A DNA stretch of 62,157 nucleotides, the filler included, from Nemertoderma westbladi (taxonomy: Eukaryota; Animalia; Xenacoelomorpha), in the NCBI GenBank assembly GCA_032718475.1. It is 4 parts of 4 records of this genome, joined end to end, with 100 filler letters (N's around TTAATTAATTAA, not from the genome) between each part and the next. Parts side by side here need not be neighbours in the genome. Positions count along the whole stretch, not along the records: positions 1 to 15,163 come from JAUCBJ010001718.1; 3 more parts are not named here. The stretch is one strand, 5' to 3'. A program made the translations under genes and the position numbers. Of the stretch, positions 1 through 12,000 are shown one piece after another. Positions within the stretch are counted from its first letter, which is position 1. Every line of letters starts with the position of its first letter. The notes under the pieces are model-generated. The model saw only the letters and a list, made by a program, of their open reading frames with translations, had not been told where the DNA came from and did no database searches.

Positions 1-3000
1 CTTTTCATTAACGTGATTGATAACCACTAGACTATGTGACCAAGAGAATTTGAAATTTTCGAGTGACTATTTTCAAACATAAATAACTTCGGTTCTACAG
101 GGCCGTTTAATCTGAAACTTTTTTCATTGGATAGAGGATAGATTGTAGTGTGTGAAATAGGATAAAACTTGGGAAAAAACTTATGTGCACTTACTGCAAA
201 ATGCACTTAAATAGTAAACATTTTTTCGATATTTCAAACACTATTATTTCCAGTTCTATTCATCGTAGAATGTTATTGTTTGGATTAAAATGTAGTTTGG
301 AATGATTTCTAACTATAATCGTAACATTTGTTTAACTTTTTATGTCTATAAAGTGACTTAAAATGTCCATGAATATGGTCCAAAATCGCAAATCCAGATT
401 TATTAAATTGGATTTTTGACACTTTTAGCGACTGACACTTGATCATACACCATCGTAGATCGGTAGAGGATAAACATAAGTTGGTTAAATAAGAGCCACC
501 ATTACGATCTGCTAAATTGCATTTGTACAAATAAGTGTGCAAAAGTGCAAATTTTTTAATAAGGTCAAATTATATAGTATTGGGTTATTTTCTTTGCAGA
601 TACTTTATTTTCATATTAATATGTTGTTTGAACCTGACTGAGCGCATTAGGGGATATGCGTACAAATAACCGGCCCTTATGAGGCTTCGATTGGGTAAAT
701 TAATAAAACATAAGGTTGTATAGTATAATATTCTAAAAACCAGTGTGATATGCACTTTAAATAATAAATAGAGATCAAATGACAAATGGACCACACAATT
801 AAAAACTCGCACAATTTTGTACTTATTATATCGCTTCAAATTAATTCATCAGTGGATATTTGGGGGAAGGGGGAAGTTACAATGTGCATTCGGGGGAAGT
901 TTGGTGAACTGCATTTATGCAGTGAATCCAAACTTCCCCCTTTGATATATCATATACTTAAGACATGCTCGGTTGTCAGGGAAATATTTGTTACTGTCAC
1001 ACTTTGCTTCCATTTATCCTATCCTTTATTATTACCCAGTCAGATAAGAGATAATAAATCAGTAAAAACTAAACTAAACTGTTTCATGCAAACAAATTTC
1101 TAACTAAAGACGGGTGAATGACCATGACCATGGAAATAATTTTAAATATAATTGTATAATATCAACTATTTGGGGAGGCTTCCAAGTTAAACCCGAAAAC
1201 AATTATTTTGTTACATAGTAAATAACGTTGTATGTTCTTCTTCCTCTCATAATAAAATATAAATGAAATATCTCAGATCGCTATGCCCTGTAACATTTCA
1301 CAACCAAAAAAAGTGTGAAAAGTGTAGGCCTACCACACTCCGCCCAAACAACCGCAAAAGCATAGCCAACAAATTTAACAAAAGGTTACCTACATGTTGG
1401 GTTCATGACGAGATGAGTGAAAATTGATCGCGAAATATAAAGTAAAAAATTAAGAGACGGGCTGGCTCTCCTCCACTTTCTTACCCAATGGATATGTTGT
1501 TGTAATAATCTAATATTGGGGCGGCTTTCTCTCGTTCGTTTCGTTAATTACGTATATTATAAAAGTAAAAAATTAAGTGATAATATTTAAAAGGCTTTTT
1601 GTTCCAACATTGGCAATAATCCTAAAACAGTAGTACTATATGATATAACTCTGTAAATTCCTATTAGATTGTGATCTGATTAAATTATAATATGATAGTA
1701 ATAATAGGCATACAGCAGTATCAGAACGACAACAATGCAGTTAGAAACAAGTGTATATTAAGCACAAACTACATAATTATAATAAAAAAACAAATAATTA
1801 TATGCCCCCCTCCCCCCCCCCCCACCTTATAGAACAGCTACGCTTAAGGTTGTAGGGTGCCCTAACAATATTTGAAGAAAAAAAAAATTTTGAAAATTTT
1901 TTTTCGATTATTTAAGATAAAATTTTTTCGAAGATTACAGAAATCGGGAAATAGGCTTAGAATAAGCCTAAGGTGCCCAAATCTCTGTCGGTCGGTCTGT
2001 CTGAAATCTGAAAAGTCTGTCAAAACTGACAGACAGATAGTCTAGATTTGGTCAAACTCAAAAACTGACATCAGAATTGAAATCACCGACCAGGAAGGAA
2101 AACCCCTTTATCGGAATTTTTAGACAGGTGGTGTTCTTATTTATTTTTTGCAAACAGTTTATATTATCCCTCGTTTTTATAAAAAATGGCGCGAAGCTTT
2201 GCAAATTTTGAATGTCTTTTTCTCGAAAAGTAATTTTTTGTATTTTTTTAGACACAAAAGTACTGTTAAAGCTTTTGCGTCGAAAATGTGTCGTTTTTGT
2301 GCAATTCGCGAACTACTCTAAAAAGGCCAGCATTATTTCAAGGTATTGGAGAATGTATATATAGACTTATGCCCTCTAGCGTCTGTTTCGGTACAGAGCT
2401 ACAATGACGAAATTAGCTAGCTGTTTCTTTATGCATAGGGCCCATGTTATATTTCGGCCAATCAGCGCGATTTTCATTTTACTGACCTTTGTTTACATAT
2501 GTAAATGACGCAATGCGACAAAATCCTTCATTTTGACATTCTGACTATGCCCAGAACCATCATCGGCCAGAGAGAATCATAGAATGCAAATCTATTAACT
2601 CTCTACACACTCTCATTATCTTTGCACTCTCTGCTTACTTTCTTAAACACATCCTGACTCTTACATATTCTGACTGCTGACACTGCCATGCGGTTTCTGT
2701 ACTGTTATTATATACTGTGGTTTGTATCTCATTTAATTGATGCTTACATTTGGAGAATACTTATGAATAATCGATAATTCTCCTGACTTTCTTGATTATT
2801 GAGGTAAGCAGAGGGGAACATTAGTAACAATTGCTTGGCTCAAATTACAGTGGTCTGTATGAATTCATGCTATTTCATAACCCCCAACGTACGTGAGCTA
2901 AATTTATCCTTATATGTGAGTAAAATTGGTGACAATAGGCAAATTAGCGTATTTCAGCACTATTGTCAGTTCTGTGAGTGTGAGCGATTAATAATACATT

Positions 3001-3562
3001 CTTAAAGACTGTAAACATTTGCGTTATCTCATGACCATCCGTTTTAATTAGTATAAGTCATATTTCTGCGTGGTATTTAGAGCGCAGCACCTGAAAGGAA
3101 CTGTTGGTATTTCCCTGAAAATAAACATAGTTTTTGGAGATTAAATAGTAGAGACCAATCGAATAATACAAAGTAGCCTACCTCTCTCTCTGTCATAGAA
3201 TTCAGTCTCCCACACCCCGTGGGTCACACGTGTTCATATTTTGTGCGGGCTGTCAGGCAACATAAGACAAGTAAATTAACAGGTTAAACTGTTAAAGGTC
3301 TAAAAGCGCTAACAGGTACACTTTTCTAAGGAACTACATGAAACTACATGAAATTTTCAGGAAATGTTCACAACAACTATTGGCCTATGCATGACTAGAA
3401 TTTTGTAGGTTGGGTGCTTTCTTAAGAAGTTATTAAGAAAACAGTTGTTGAAATTTCGATTTTTGGTCAAAAGCCGGGCATTGTTTACAAATGTTGCCGT
3501 AAACAAAAAATTTTTTTAATTTTTTTAGTTTATATAGTCTTGCTCTTGTCCGAATGGATGTA

Positions 3563-3646
3563 TTTACGAGTTCTCTCAGAAAGGTACATTTTGTTTAATA
3601 GTAAAAGCTATTAAACAAAATGTACCTTTCTGAGAGAACTCGTAAA
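3563..3646. repeat. Perfect inverted repeat, 39-bp arms, 6-nt spacer
   Basis: tttacgagttctctcagaaaggtacattttgtttaatag-taaaag-ctattaaacaaaatgtacctttctgagagaactcgtaaa. Confidence 0.95.
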
Positions 3647-3982
3647 CTGGTAAATCTCGGTAAAAAACTCGGTAAACTGACAATTCCTCCTTCCACTATG
3701 AATAACCTAGTATGTGAATGTTTCAAAGTACTGTGGATCGGGGAGAAGAATTTGGAGACAGCAAAGAACTATCGTAAAGCAGCAATCAAAGTTTTGGATT
3801 TCTTTTGTAGTAATTTTAATATGACGTTTAGTTGTGGTGATCATGAAGAAACCAACAAACTAATTATTTTCAAGACAATCGGTAACATTTTTGCCAACAA
3901 TAAAGCAAGAATCGAGAGTCAGTCCGTCCGGCAAGATAGCGTGAAGGTTTTCAAACTTCGCCAACGCAGCAAGGAAACATAA
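3647..3982 (+). pseudogene. Possible C-terminal fragment of a P-element/THAP9-like transposase
   Basis: LTIPP(S)...C.DH...IF.NN...VRQDSVKVFKLRQRSK resembles invertebrate P-like transposase C-termini. It is followed by three degenerate repeats of about 150 bp (ttttcatgtt(g/c)a...cagtga at about 4113, 4262, 4417). Weak, by-eye call. Confidence 0.3.
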
Positions 3983-5572
3983 CTTGAAATTTCCAGATAT
4001 TTAATACAATGCAATAATAACTGTTGAAATCTATTTTATTATTCATATTATTTATTAATTATAACACTGAATGAAATAATATAAAACAATTAATGTTGAA
4101 TACTAATATTACTTTTCATGTTCATCCCACATTTAACATTCAGTGATAAATAACATTCAAGGTGATAAGCCCCATCGAAAAAATAGTTGCATTGGATTCC
4201 CAGTCATAGAAAATGGCCGCACTATCATGAGTATTGATTAAGAGTTTTGAAGGTTCCAAAATTTTCATGTTGAACCCACATTTACTACCCAGTGAAAATT
4301 ATTATAGAAGGTACATTCGAATCATCTAGAAAATACTTAGAATAGGCCTACTTAGACGTACATAGATTGTAAATCATGGCAAATAAATGAGTATTATATG
4401 TATCCGAAAGATGAAATTTTCATGTTGAACCAACATTCGGCACCCAGTGAAAAGTAGCATACCAGATAAACCATTCGTTAGGAAAATATTTCCATCACGT
4501 TCGCCAACCTTGAGAACCTTTATAGGTCGCAAATGATGGGTGACTGGTGCGTTTAAAGATTCTGGATTATGGAAACTTTCATAATGAACCAACTTTTGGG
4601 GTACCCATTCGTTTTCGTGAAATATTTCCAAAACTAAAAAAGGTATTACAAAACCAATTGCATAATTGAATTCTCCATAAAATTTCAGATAATATACAAC
4701 AACTTGATTGTCTTTATCCAAATAGATATAATATATATATAAAATATATAAACCACCACGACAACTTTGAAAAATCGACCCACTAATTTTTTGGCCTTGC
4801 TGCCATTTGGCAGGCCGTATTTAAAAAAATTTTTAAAAAAATTCCCTGTATGGGTTTTCGTGGTCGGTGACTTCATTTCTGATGTCATTAATCAAATTTG
4901 GCCTTGTCGGTTCTGTCTCTATGCCTGCCAGCCTGTCTGTCAAAATATAACCGACAGTCTGACAGCCAAACAGACAATTTGGAAGTCATCAAATGTTAAA
5001 ATTTACTCTCGAAATGAATTCTTCTGCGACTAGGAAAACCTCTATAGCTAAACTTTTAGCTCAATGGTCTGCCTTTTTCTTATATTTGACAGACAAATAG
5101 TCGGATAGTCAGAAAGACCGACAGACAGACATACTTTACAGACATATTTTATTGAGAGCACATGTAGCGGTACCTAGTAATTTAATTTATAAACTCTTTA
5201 AAATTAGTAATTAGCCTACCGTATGAATCCGTGACCCTGTCTATCAGACAGGGTCTATCAGGCATCAGTTAATCATGATCTACAGGAGTTATAATATCAT
5301 ATCAACTGTTTTAGGATTATTGGCAATGTTGGCACTTACTTAGCCTTTGAAATATATTACCATATTTTTTTACTTTTATAAATACTTGGTTAGTCAATTC
5401 ATTAGATTGTCTAACGGTAATATCGATCGATATATGTTGGGTTAGGTGAACAGGGTTAATGACTTGGCAGGTTGGCACGTACTAGAGAGTACCCAAATAT
5501 TGATTTATTTGGTAAGGACTTCCTAAAACAAAGATTTCAGAAATAATTTAGTTCACTATTTTTTATGTTTAG

Positions 5573-5776
5573 GTATTTCATTTACACCAAGGGAGGCCGG
5601 CGAACACTTTGTGAGTGTTCTTAAGCGCGGCGAACACATTGCGAACTCCCCGTTCCGTATCAACGTGAGTCCTACAGAAGTCGGGGACGCAGCCAAAGTT
5701 CGTGTGTTTGGCGACGGTCTCAACAGAGGAGTGATGAACCAAGTTAATGAGTTCGCTATAGATACTAAACGAGCTG
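5573..5776 (+). CDS. FLN: Internal exon of a filamin gene (C-terminal-rod Ig-like repeats, about repeat 18/19)
   Basis: Acceptor ttttttatgtttag| at 5572 and donor |gttagt at 5777 bound a 204-nt phase 1-1 exon. It translates to (G)[67 protein letters not shown](G), matching the filamin pattern GISF.P.E.GEH.V.V...G.H...SP.......E.GDA..VRV.G.GL......EF.IDT..AG. Confidence 0.92.
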
Positions 5777-5798
5777 GTTAGTGTTAGTTGTTAGTCAG

Positions 5799-8680
5799 TT
5801 AATCTCAATGTTTGTACCAATTAATTAATCTCAATGTTTGTACCAATTAATTAATCTCAATGTTTGTACCAATTAATTAATCTCTATGTTTGTACCAATG
5901 AATTAATCTCAATGTTTGTACCAATTAATTAATCTCAATGTTTGTACCAATGAATTACTCTCAATGTTTGTACCAATGAATTACTCTCAATGTTTGTACC
6001 AATTAATTAATCTCAATGTTTGTACCAATGAATTACTCTCAATGTTTGTACCAATGAATTACTCTCAATGTTTGTACCAATTAATTAATCTCTATGTTTG
6101 TACCAATGAATTAATCTCAATGTTTGTACCAATGAATTACTCTCAATGTTTGTACCAATGAATTAATCTCAATGTTTGTACCAATGAATTACTCTCAATG
6201 TTTGTACCAATTAATTAATCTCAATGTTTGTACCAATTAATTAATCTCAATGTTTGTACCAATTAATCTCAATGTTTGTACCAATTAATTAATCTCAATG
6301 TTTGTACCAATTAATTAATCTCAATGTTTGTACCAATTAATCTCAATGTTTGTACCAATTAATTAATCTCAATGTTTGTACCAATTAATCTCAATGTTTG
6401 AACCAATTAATTAATCTCAATGTTTGTACCAATGAATTAATCTCACTGTTTGTACCAATTATTTAATCTCAATGTTTGTACCAATGAATTAATCTCAATG
6501 TTTGTACCAATTAATCTCAATGTTTGTACCAATGAATTAATCTCAATGTTTGTACCAATGAATTAATCTCAATGTTTGTACCAATGAATTACTCTCAATG
6601 TTTGTACCAATGAATTAATCTCAATGTTTGTACCAATTAATCTCAATGTTTGTACCAATTAATCTCAATGTTTGTACCAATTAATCTCAATGTTTGTACC
6701 AATGAATTAATCTCAATGTTTGTACCAATTAATCTCAATGTTTGTACCAATTAATCTCAATGTTTGTACCAATGAATTAATCTCAATGTTTGTACCAATG
6801 AATTAATCTCAATGTTTGTACCAATGAATTAATCTCAATGTTTGTAACAATTAATCTCAATGTTTGTACCAATTAATCTCAATGTTTGTACCAATTACTC
6901 TCAATGTTTGTACCAATGAATTACTCTCAATGTTTGTACCAATTAATTAATCTCAATGTTTGTACCAATTAATTAATCTCAATGTTTGTACCAATGAATT
7001 AATCTCTATGTTTGTACCAATGAATTAATCTCAATGTTTGTACCAATTAATTAATCTCAATGTTTGTACCAATGAATTACTCTCAATGTTTGTACCAATG
7101 AATTACTCTCAATGTTTGTACCAATGAATTAATCTCAATGTTTGTACCAATGAATTACTCTCAATGTTTGTACCAATTAATTAATCTCAATGTTTGTACC
7201 AATTAATTAATCTCAATGTTTGTACCAATTAATCTCAATGTTTGTACCAATTAATTAATCTCAATGTTTGTACCAATTAATTAATCTCAATGTTTGTACC
7301 AATTAATCTCAATGTTTGTACCAATTAATTAATCTCAATGTTTGTACCAATTAATCTCAATGTTTGAACCAATTAATTAATCTCAATGTTTGTACCAATG
7401 AATTAATCTCACTGTTTGTACCAATTATTTAATCTCAATGTTTGTACCAATGAATTAATCTCAATGTTTGTACCAATTAATCTCAATGTTTGTACCAATT
7501 AATTAATCTCAATGTTTGTACCAATTAATTAATCTCAATGTTTGTACCAATTAATTAATCTCAATGTTTGTACCAATTAATTAATCTCAATGTTTGTACC
7601 AATTAATTAATCTCAATGTTTGTACCAATTAATTAATCTCAATGTTTGTACCAATTAATTAATCTCAATGTTTGTACCAATAAATTAATCTCAATGTTTG
7701 TACCAATAAATTAATCTCAATGTTTGTACCAATGAATTAATCTCAATGTTTGTACCAATTAATCTCAATGTTTGTACCAATTAATCTCAATGTTTGTACC
7801 AATGAATTAATCTCAATGTTTGTACCAATTAATCTCAATGTTTGTACCAATGAATTAATCTCAATGTTTGTACCAATTAATTAATCTCAATGTTTGTACC
7901 AATGAATTAATCTCAATGTTTGTACCAATGAATTAATCTCAATGTTTGTACCAATTAATCTCAATGTTTGAACCAATGAATTAATCTCAATGTTTGTACC
8001 AATGAATTAATCTCAATGTTTGTACCAATTAATCTCAATGTTTGTACCAATTAATCTCAATGTTTGTACCAATTAATCTCAATGTTTGTACCAATTAATC
8101 TCAATGTTTGTACCAATTAATTAATCTTAATGTTTGTACCAATTAATCTCAATGTTTGTACCAATGAATTAATCTCAATGTTTGTACCAATTAATTAATC
8201 TCAATGTTTGTACCAATGAATTAATCTCAATGTTTGTACCAATGAATTAATCTCAATGTTTGTACCAATTAATCTCAATGTTTGTACCAATTAATCTCAA
8301 TGTTTGTACCAATGAATTAATCTCAATGTTTGTACCAATTAATTAATCTCAATGTTTGTACCAATTAATCTCAATGTTTGTACCAATTAATTAATCTCAA
8401 TGTTTGTACCAATGAATTAATCTCAATGTTTGTACCAATGAATTAATCTCAATGTTTGTACCAATTAATCTCAATGTTTGTACCAATTAATCTCAATGTT
8501 TGTACCAATGAATTAATCTCAATGTTTGTACCAATTAATTAATCTCAATGTTTGTACCAATTAATCTCAATGTTTGTACCAATGAATTAATCTCAATGTT
8601 TGTACCAATTAATTAATCTCAATGTTTGTACCAATTAATCTTAATGTTTGTACCGATTAATCTCAACGATTGTACCAATT
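5799..8680. repeat. AT-rich minisatellite of mixed 22- and 26-bp units: TTAATCTCAATGTTTGTACCAA with or without TTAA/TGAA
   Basis: Direct tandem repeats starting about 22 nt after the filamin donor site. Rare variants (tttgaacc, ctcactg) recur at a 966-bp offset. Confidence 0.97.
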
Positions 8681-9031
8681 ATGAATACATTTATTCATAA
8701 TGTAATAGATAAGTAATTAATATAAATAATACATTAAAATTATAATATTGCTTAATGAAATCGAATCGAACATATTATATTATAACAATTGCACTTGACG
8801 AATATTAAACTAAGTCGTACTAAACAATGAGTAAAACTAATATTTCTTGTATAAATTATTATGTATAAAATATATTTATAAAAACCTTTATTATTAAAAT
8901 AGACCTGGTAATCAGGTCTACCGTTACCAAGGGTACAATTTTTATAAGAATATTAACATTTTTTAGCTATTCATATTAATTATATCTATGTGATTTCTAA
9001 TTATATGAAATTTTAAAATATATAAATCGTT

Positions 9032-12000
9032 CTACAGCTGTGGGGTCGACGGAAGTCCTACACCATCTTCAAGCACGAGTCCGCATCGCCACTTAACTCT
9101 TGAACCTCGGTGTGGGAAGCTCCACGAAGGATGGCGTATTGGATCCGCCGGCGGACCCACCCCATTTGGTGTGGGAAGCTCCACGAAGGATGGCGTATTG
9201 GATCCGCCGGCGGACCCACCCCATTTGGTGTGGGAAGCTCCACGAAGGATGGCGTATTGGATCCGCCGGCGGACCCACCCCATTTGGTGTGGGAAGCTCC
9301 ACGAAGGATGGCGTATTGGATCCGCCGGCGGACCCACCCCATTTGGTGTGGGAAGCTCCACGAAGGATGGCGTATTGGATCCGCCGGCGGACCCACCCCA
9401 TTTGGTGTTCGAAGCTCCACGAAGGATGGCGTATTGGATCCGCCGGCGGACCCACCCCATTTGGTGTGGGAAGCTCCACGAAGGATGGCGTATTGGATCC
9501 GCCGGTGGACCCACCCCATTTGGTGTGGGAAGCTCCACGAAGGATGGCCTATTGGATCCGCCAGCGGACCCACCCCATTTGGTGTGGGAAGCTCCACGAA
9601 GGATGGCGTATTGGATCCGCCGGCGGACCCACCCCATTTGGTGTGGGAAGCTCCACGAAGGATGGCGTATTGGATCCGCCGGCGGACCCACCCCATTTGG
9701 TGTGGGAAGCTCCACGAAGGATGGCCTATTGGATCCGCCGGCGGACCCACCCCATTTGGTGTGGGAAGCTCCACGAAGGATGGCCTATTGGATCCGCCAG
9801 CGGACCCACCCCATTTGGTGTGGGAAGCTCCACGAAGGATGGCGTATTGGATCCGCCGGCGGACCCACCCCATTTGGTGTGGGAAGCTCCACGAAGGATG
9901 GCGTATTGGATCCGCCGGCGGACCCACCCCATTTGGTGTGGGAAGCTCCACGAAGGATGGCCTATTGGATCCGCCGGCGGACCCACCCCATTTGGTGTGG
10001 GAAGCTCCACGAAGGATGGCGTATTGGATCCGCCGGCGGACCCACCCCATTTGGTGTGGGAAGCTCCACGAAGGATGGCGTATTGGATCCGCCAGCGGAC
10101 CCACCCCATTTGGTGTGGGAAGCTCCACGAAGGATGGCGTATTGGATCCGCCGGCGGACCCACCCCATTTGGTGTGGGAAGCTCCACGAAGGATGGCGTA
10201 TTGGATCCGCCGGCGGACCCACCCCATTTGGTGTGGGAAGCTCCACGAAGGATGGCGTATTGGATCCGCCGGCGGACCCACCCCATTTGGTGTGGGAAGC
10301 TCCACGAAGGATGGCGTATTGGATCCGCCGGCGGACCCACCCCATTTGGTGTGGGAAGCTCCACGAAGGATGGCGTATTGGATCCGCCGGCGGACCCACC
10401 CCATTTGGTGTGGGAAGCTCCACGAAGGATGGCGTATTGGATCCGCCGGCGGACCCACCCCATTTGGTGTGGGAAGCTCCACGAAGGATGGCGTATTGGA
10501 TCCGCTGGCGGACCCACCCCATTTGGTGTGGGAAGCTCCACGAAGGATGGCGTATTGGATCCGCCGGCGGACCCACCCCATTTGGTGTGGGAAGCTCCAC
10601 GAAGGATGGCGTATTGGATCCGCCGGCGGACCCACCCCATTTGGTGTGGGAAGCTCCACGAAGGATGGCGTATTGGATCCGCCGGCGGACCCACCCCATT
10701 TGGTGTTCGAAGCTCCACGAAGGATGGCGTATTGGATCCGCCGGCGGACCCACCCCATTTGGTGTGGGAAGCTCCACGAAGGATGGCCTATTGGATCCGC
10801 CGGCGGACCCACCCCATTTGGTGTGGGAAGCTCCACGAAGGATGGCGTATTGGATCCGCCGGCGGACCCACCCCATTTGGTGTGGGAAGCTCCACGAAGG
10901 ATGGCCTATTGGATCCGCCGGCGGACCCACCCCATTTGGTGTGGGAAGCTCCACGAAGGATGGCGTATTGGATCCGCCGGCGGACCCACCCCATTTGGTG
11001 TGGGAAGCTCCACGAAGGATGGCCTATTGGATCCGCCGGCGGACCCACCCCATTTGGTGTGGGAAGCTCCACGAAGGATGGCGTATTGGATCCGCCGGCG
11101 GACCCACCCCATTTGGTGTGGGAAGCTCCACGAAGGATGGCCTATTGGATCCGCCGGCGGACCCACCCCATTTGGTGTGGGAAGCTCCACGAAGGATGGC
11201 GTATTGGATCCGCCGGCGGACCCACCCCATTTGGTGTGGGAAGCTCCACGAAGGATGGCCTATTGGATCCGCCGGCGGACCCACCCCATTTGGTGTGGGA
11301 AGCTCCACGAAGGATGGCGTATTGGATCCGCCGGCGGACCCACCCCATTTGGTGTGGGAAGCTCCACGAAGGATGGCCTATTGGATCCGCCGGCGGACCC
11401 ACCCCATTTGGTGTGGGAAGCTCCACGAAGGATGGCGTATTGGATCCGCCGGCGGACCCACCCCATTTGGTGTGGGAAGCTCCACGAAGGATGGCCTATT
11501 GGATCCGCCGGCGGACCCACCCCATTTGGTGTGGGAAGCTCCACGAAGGATGGCGTATTGGATCCGCCGGCGGACCCACCCCATTTGGTGTGGGAAGCTC
11601 CACGAAGGATGGCGTATTGGATCCGCCGGCGGACCCACCCCATTTGGTGTGGGAAGCTCCACGAAGGATGGCCTATTGGATCCGCCGGCGGACCCACCCC
11701 ATTTGGTGTGGGAAGCTCCACGAAGGATGGCGTATTGGATCCGCCGGCGGACCCACCCCATTTGGTGTGGGAAGCTCCACGAAGGATTGGTGTGGGAAGC
11801 TCCACGAAGGATGGCGTATTGGATCCACTGGCGGACCCACCCCATTTGGTGTGGGAAGCTCCACGAAGGATGGCGTATTGGATCCGCCAGCGGACCCACC
11901 CCATTTGGTGTGGGAAGCTCCACGAAGGATGGCGTATTGGATCCGCCGGCGGACCCACCCCATTTGGTGTGGGAAGCTCCACGAAGGATGGCGTATTGGA

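Larger units (their letters stand above)
1552..5385. mobile_element. Nested degenerate DNA-transposon remnants in the filamin intron (inverted pairs about 1552-1655/5281-5385 and about 1985-2110/4850-5130)
   Basis: 1552-1655 (...ccaacattggcaataatcctaaaacag...) is the diverged reverse complement of 5281-5385. tgacatcagaattgaaatcaccgacc (about 2067) is the reverse complement of ggtcggtgacttcatttctgatgtca (about 4863). Family not identifiable. Confidence 0.5.

Noticed and set aside
1-600. Transposon-like subterminal modules and short ORFs
   Set aside because: No identifiable terminus, TSD or protein motif within the window.
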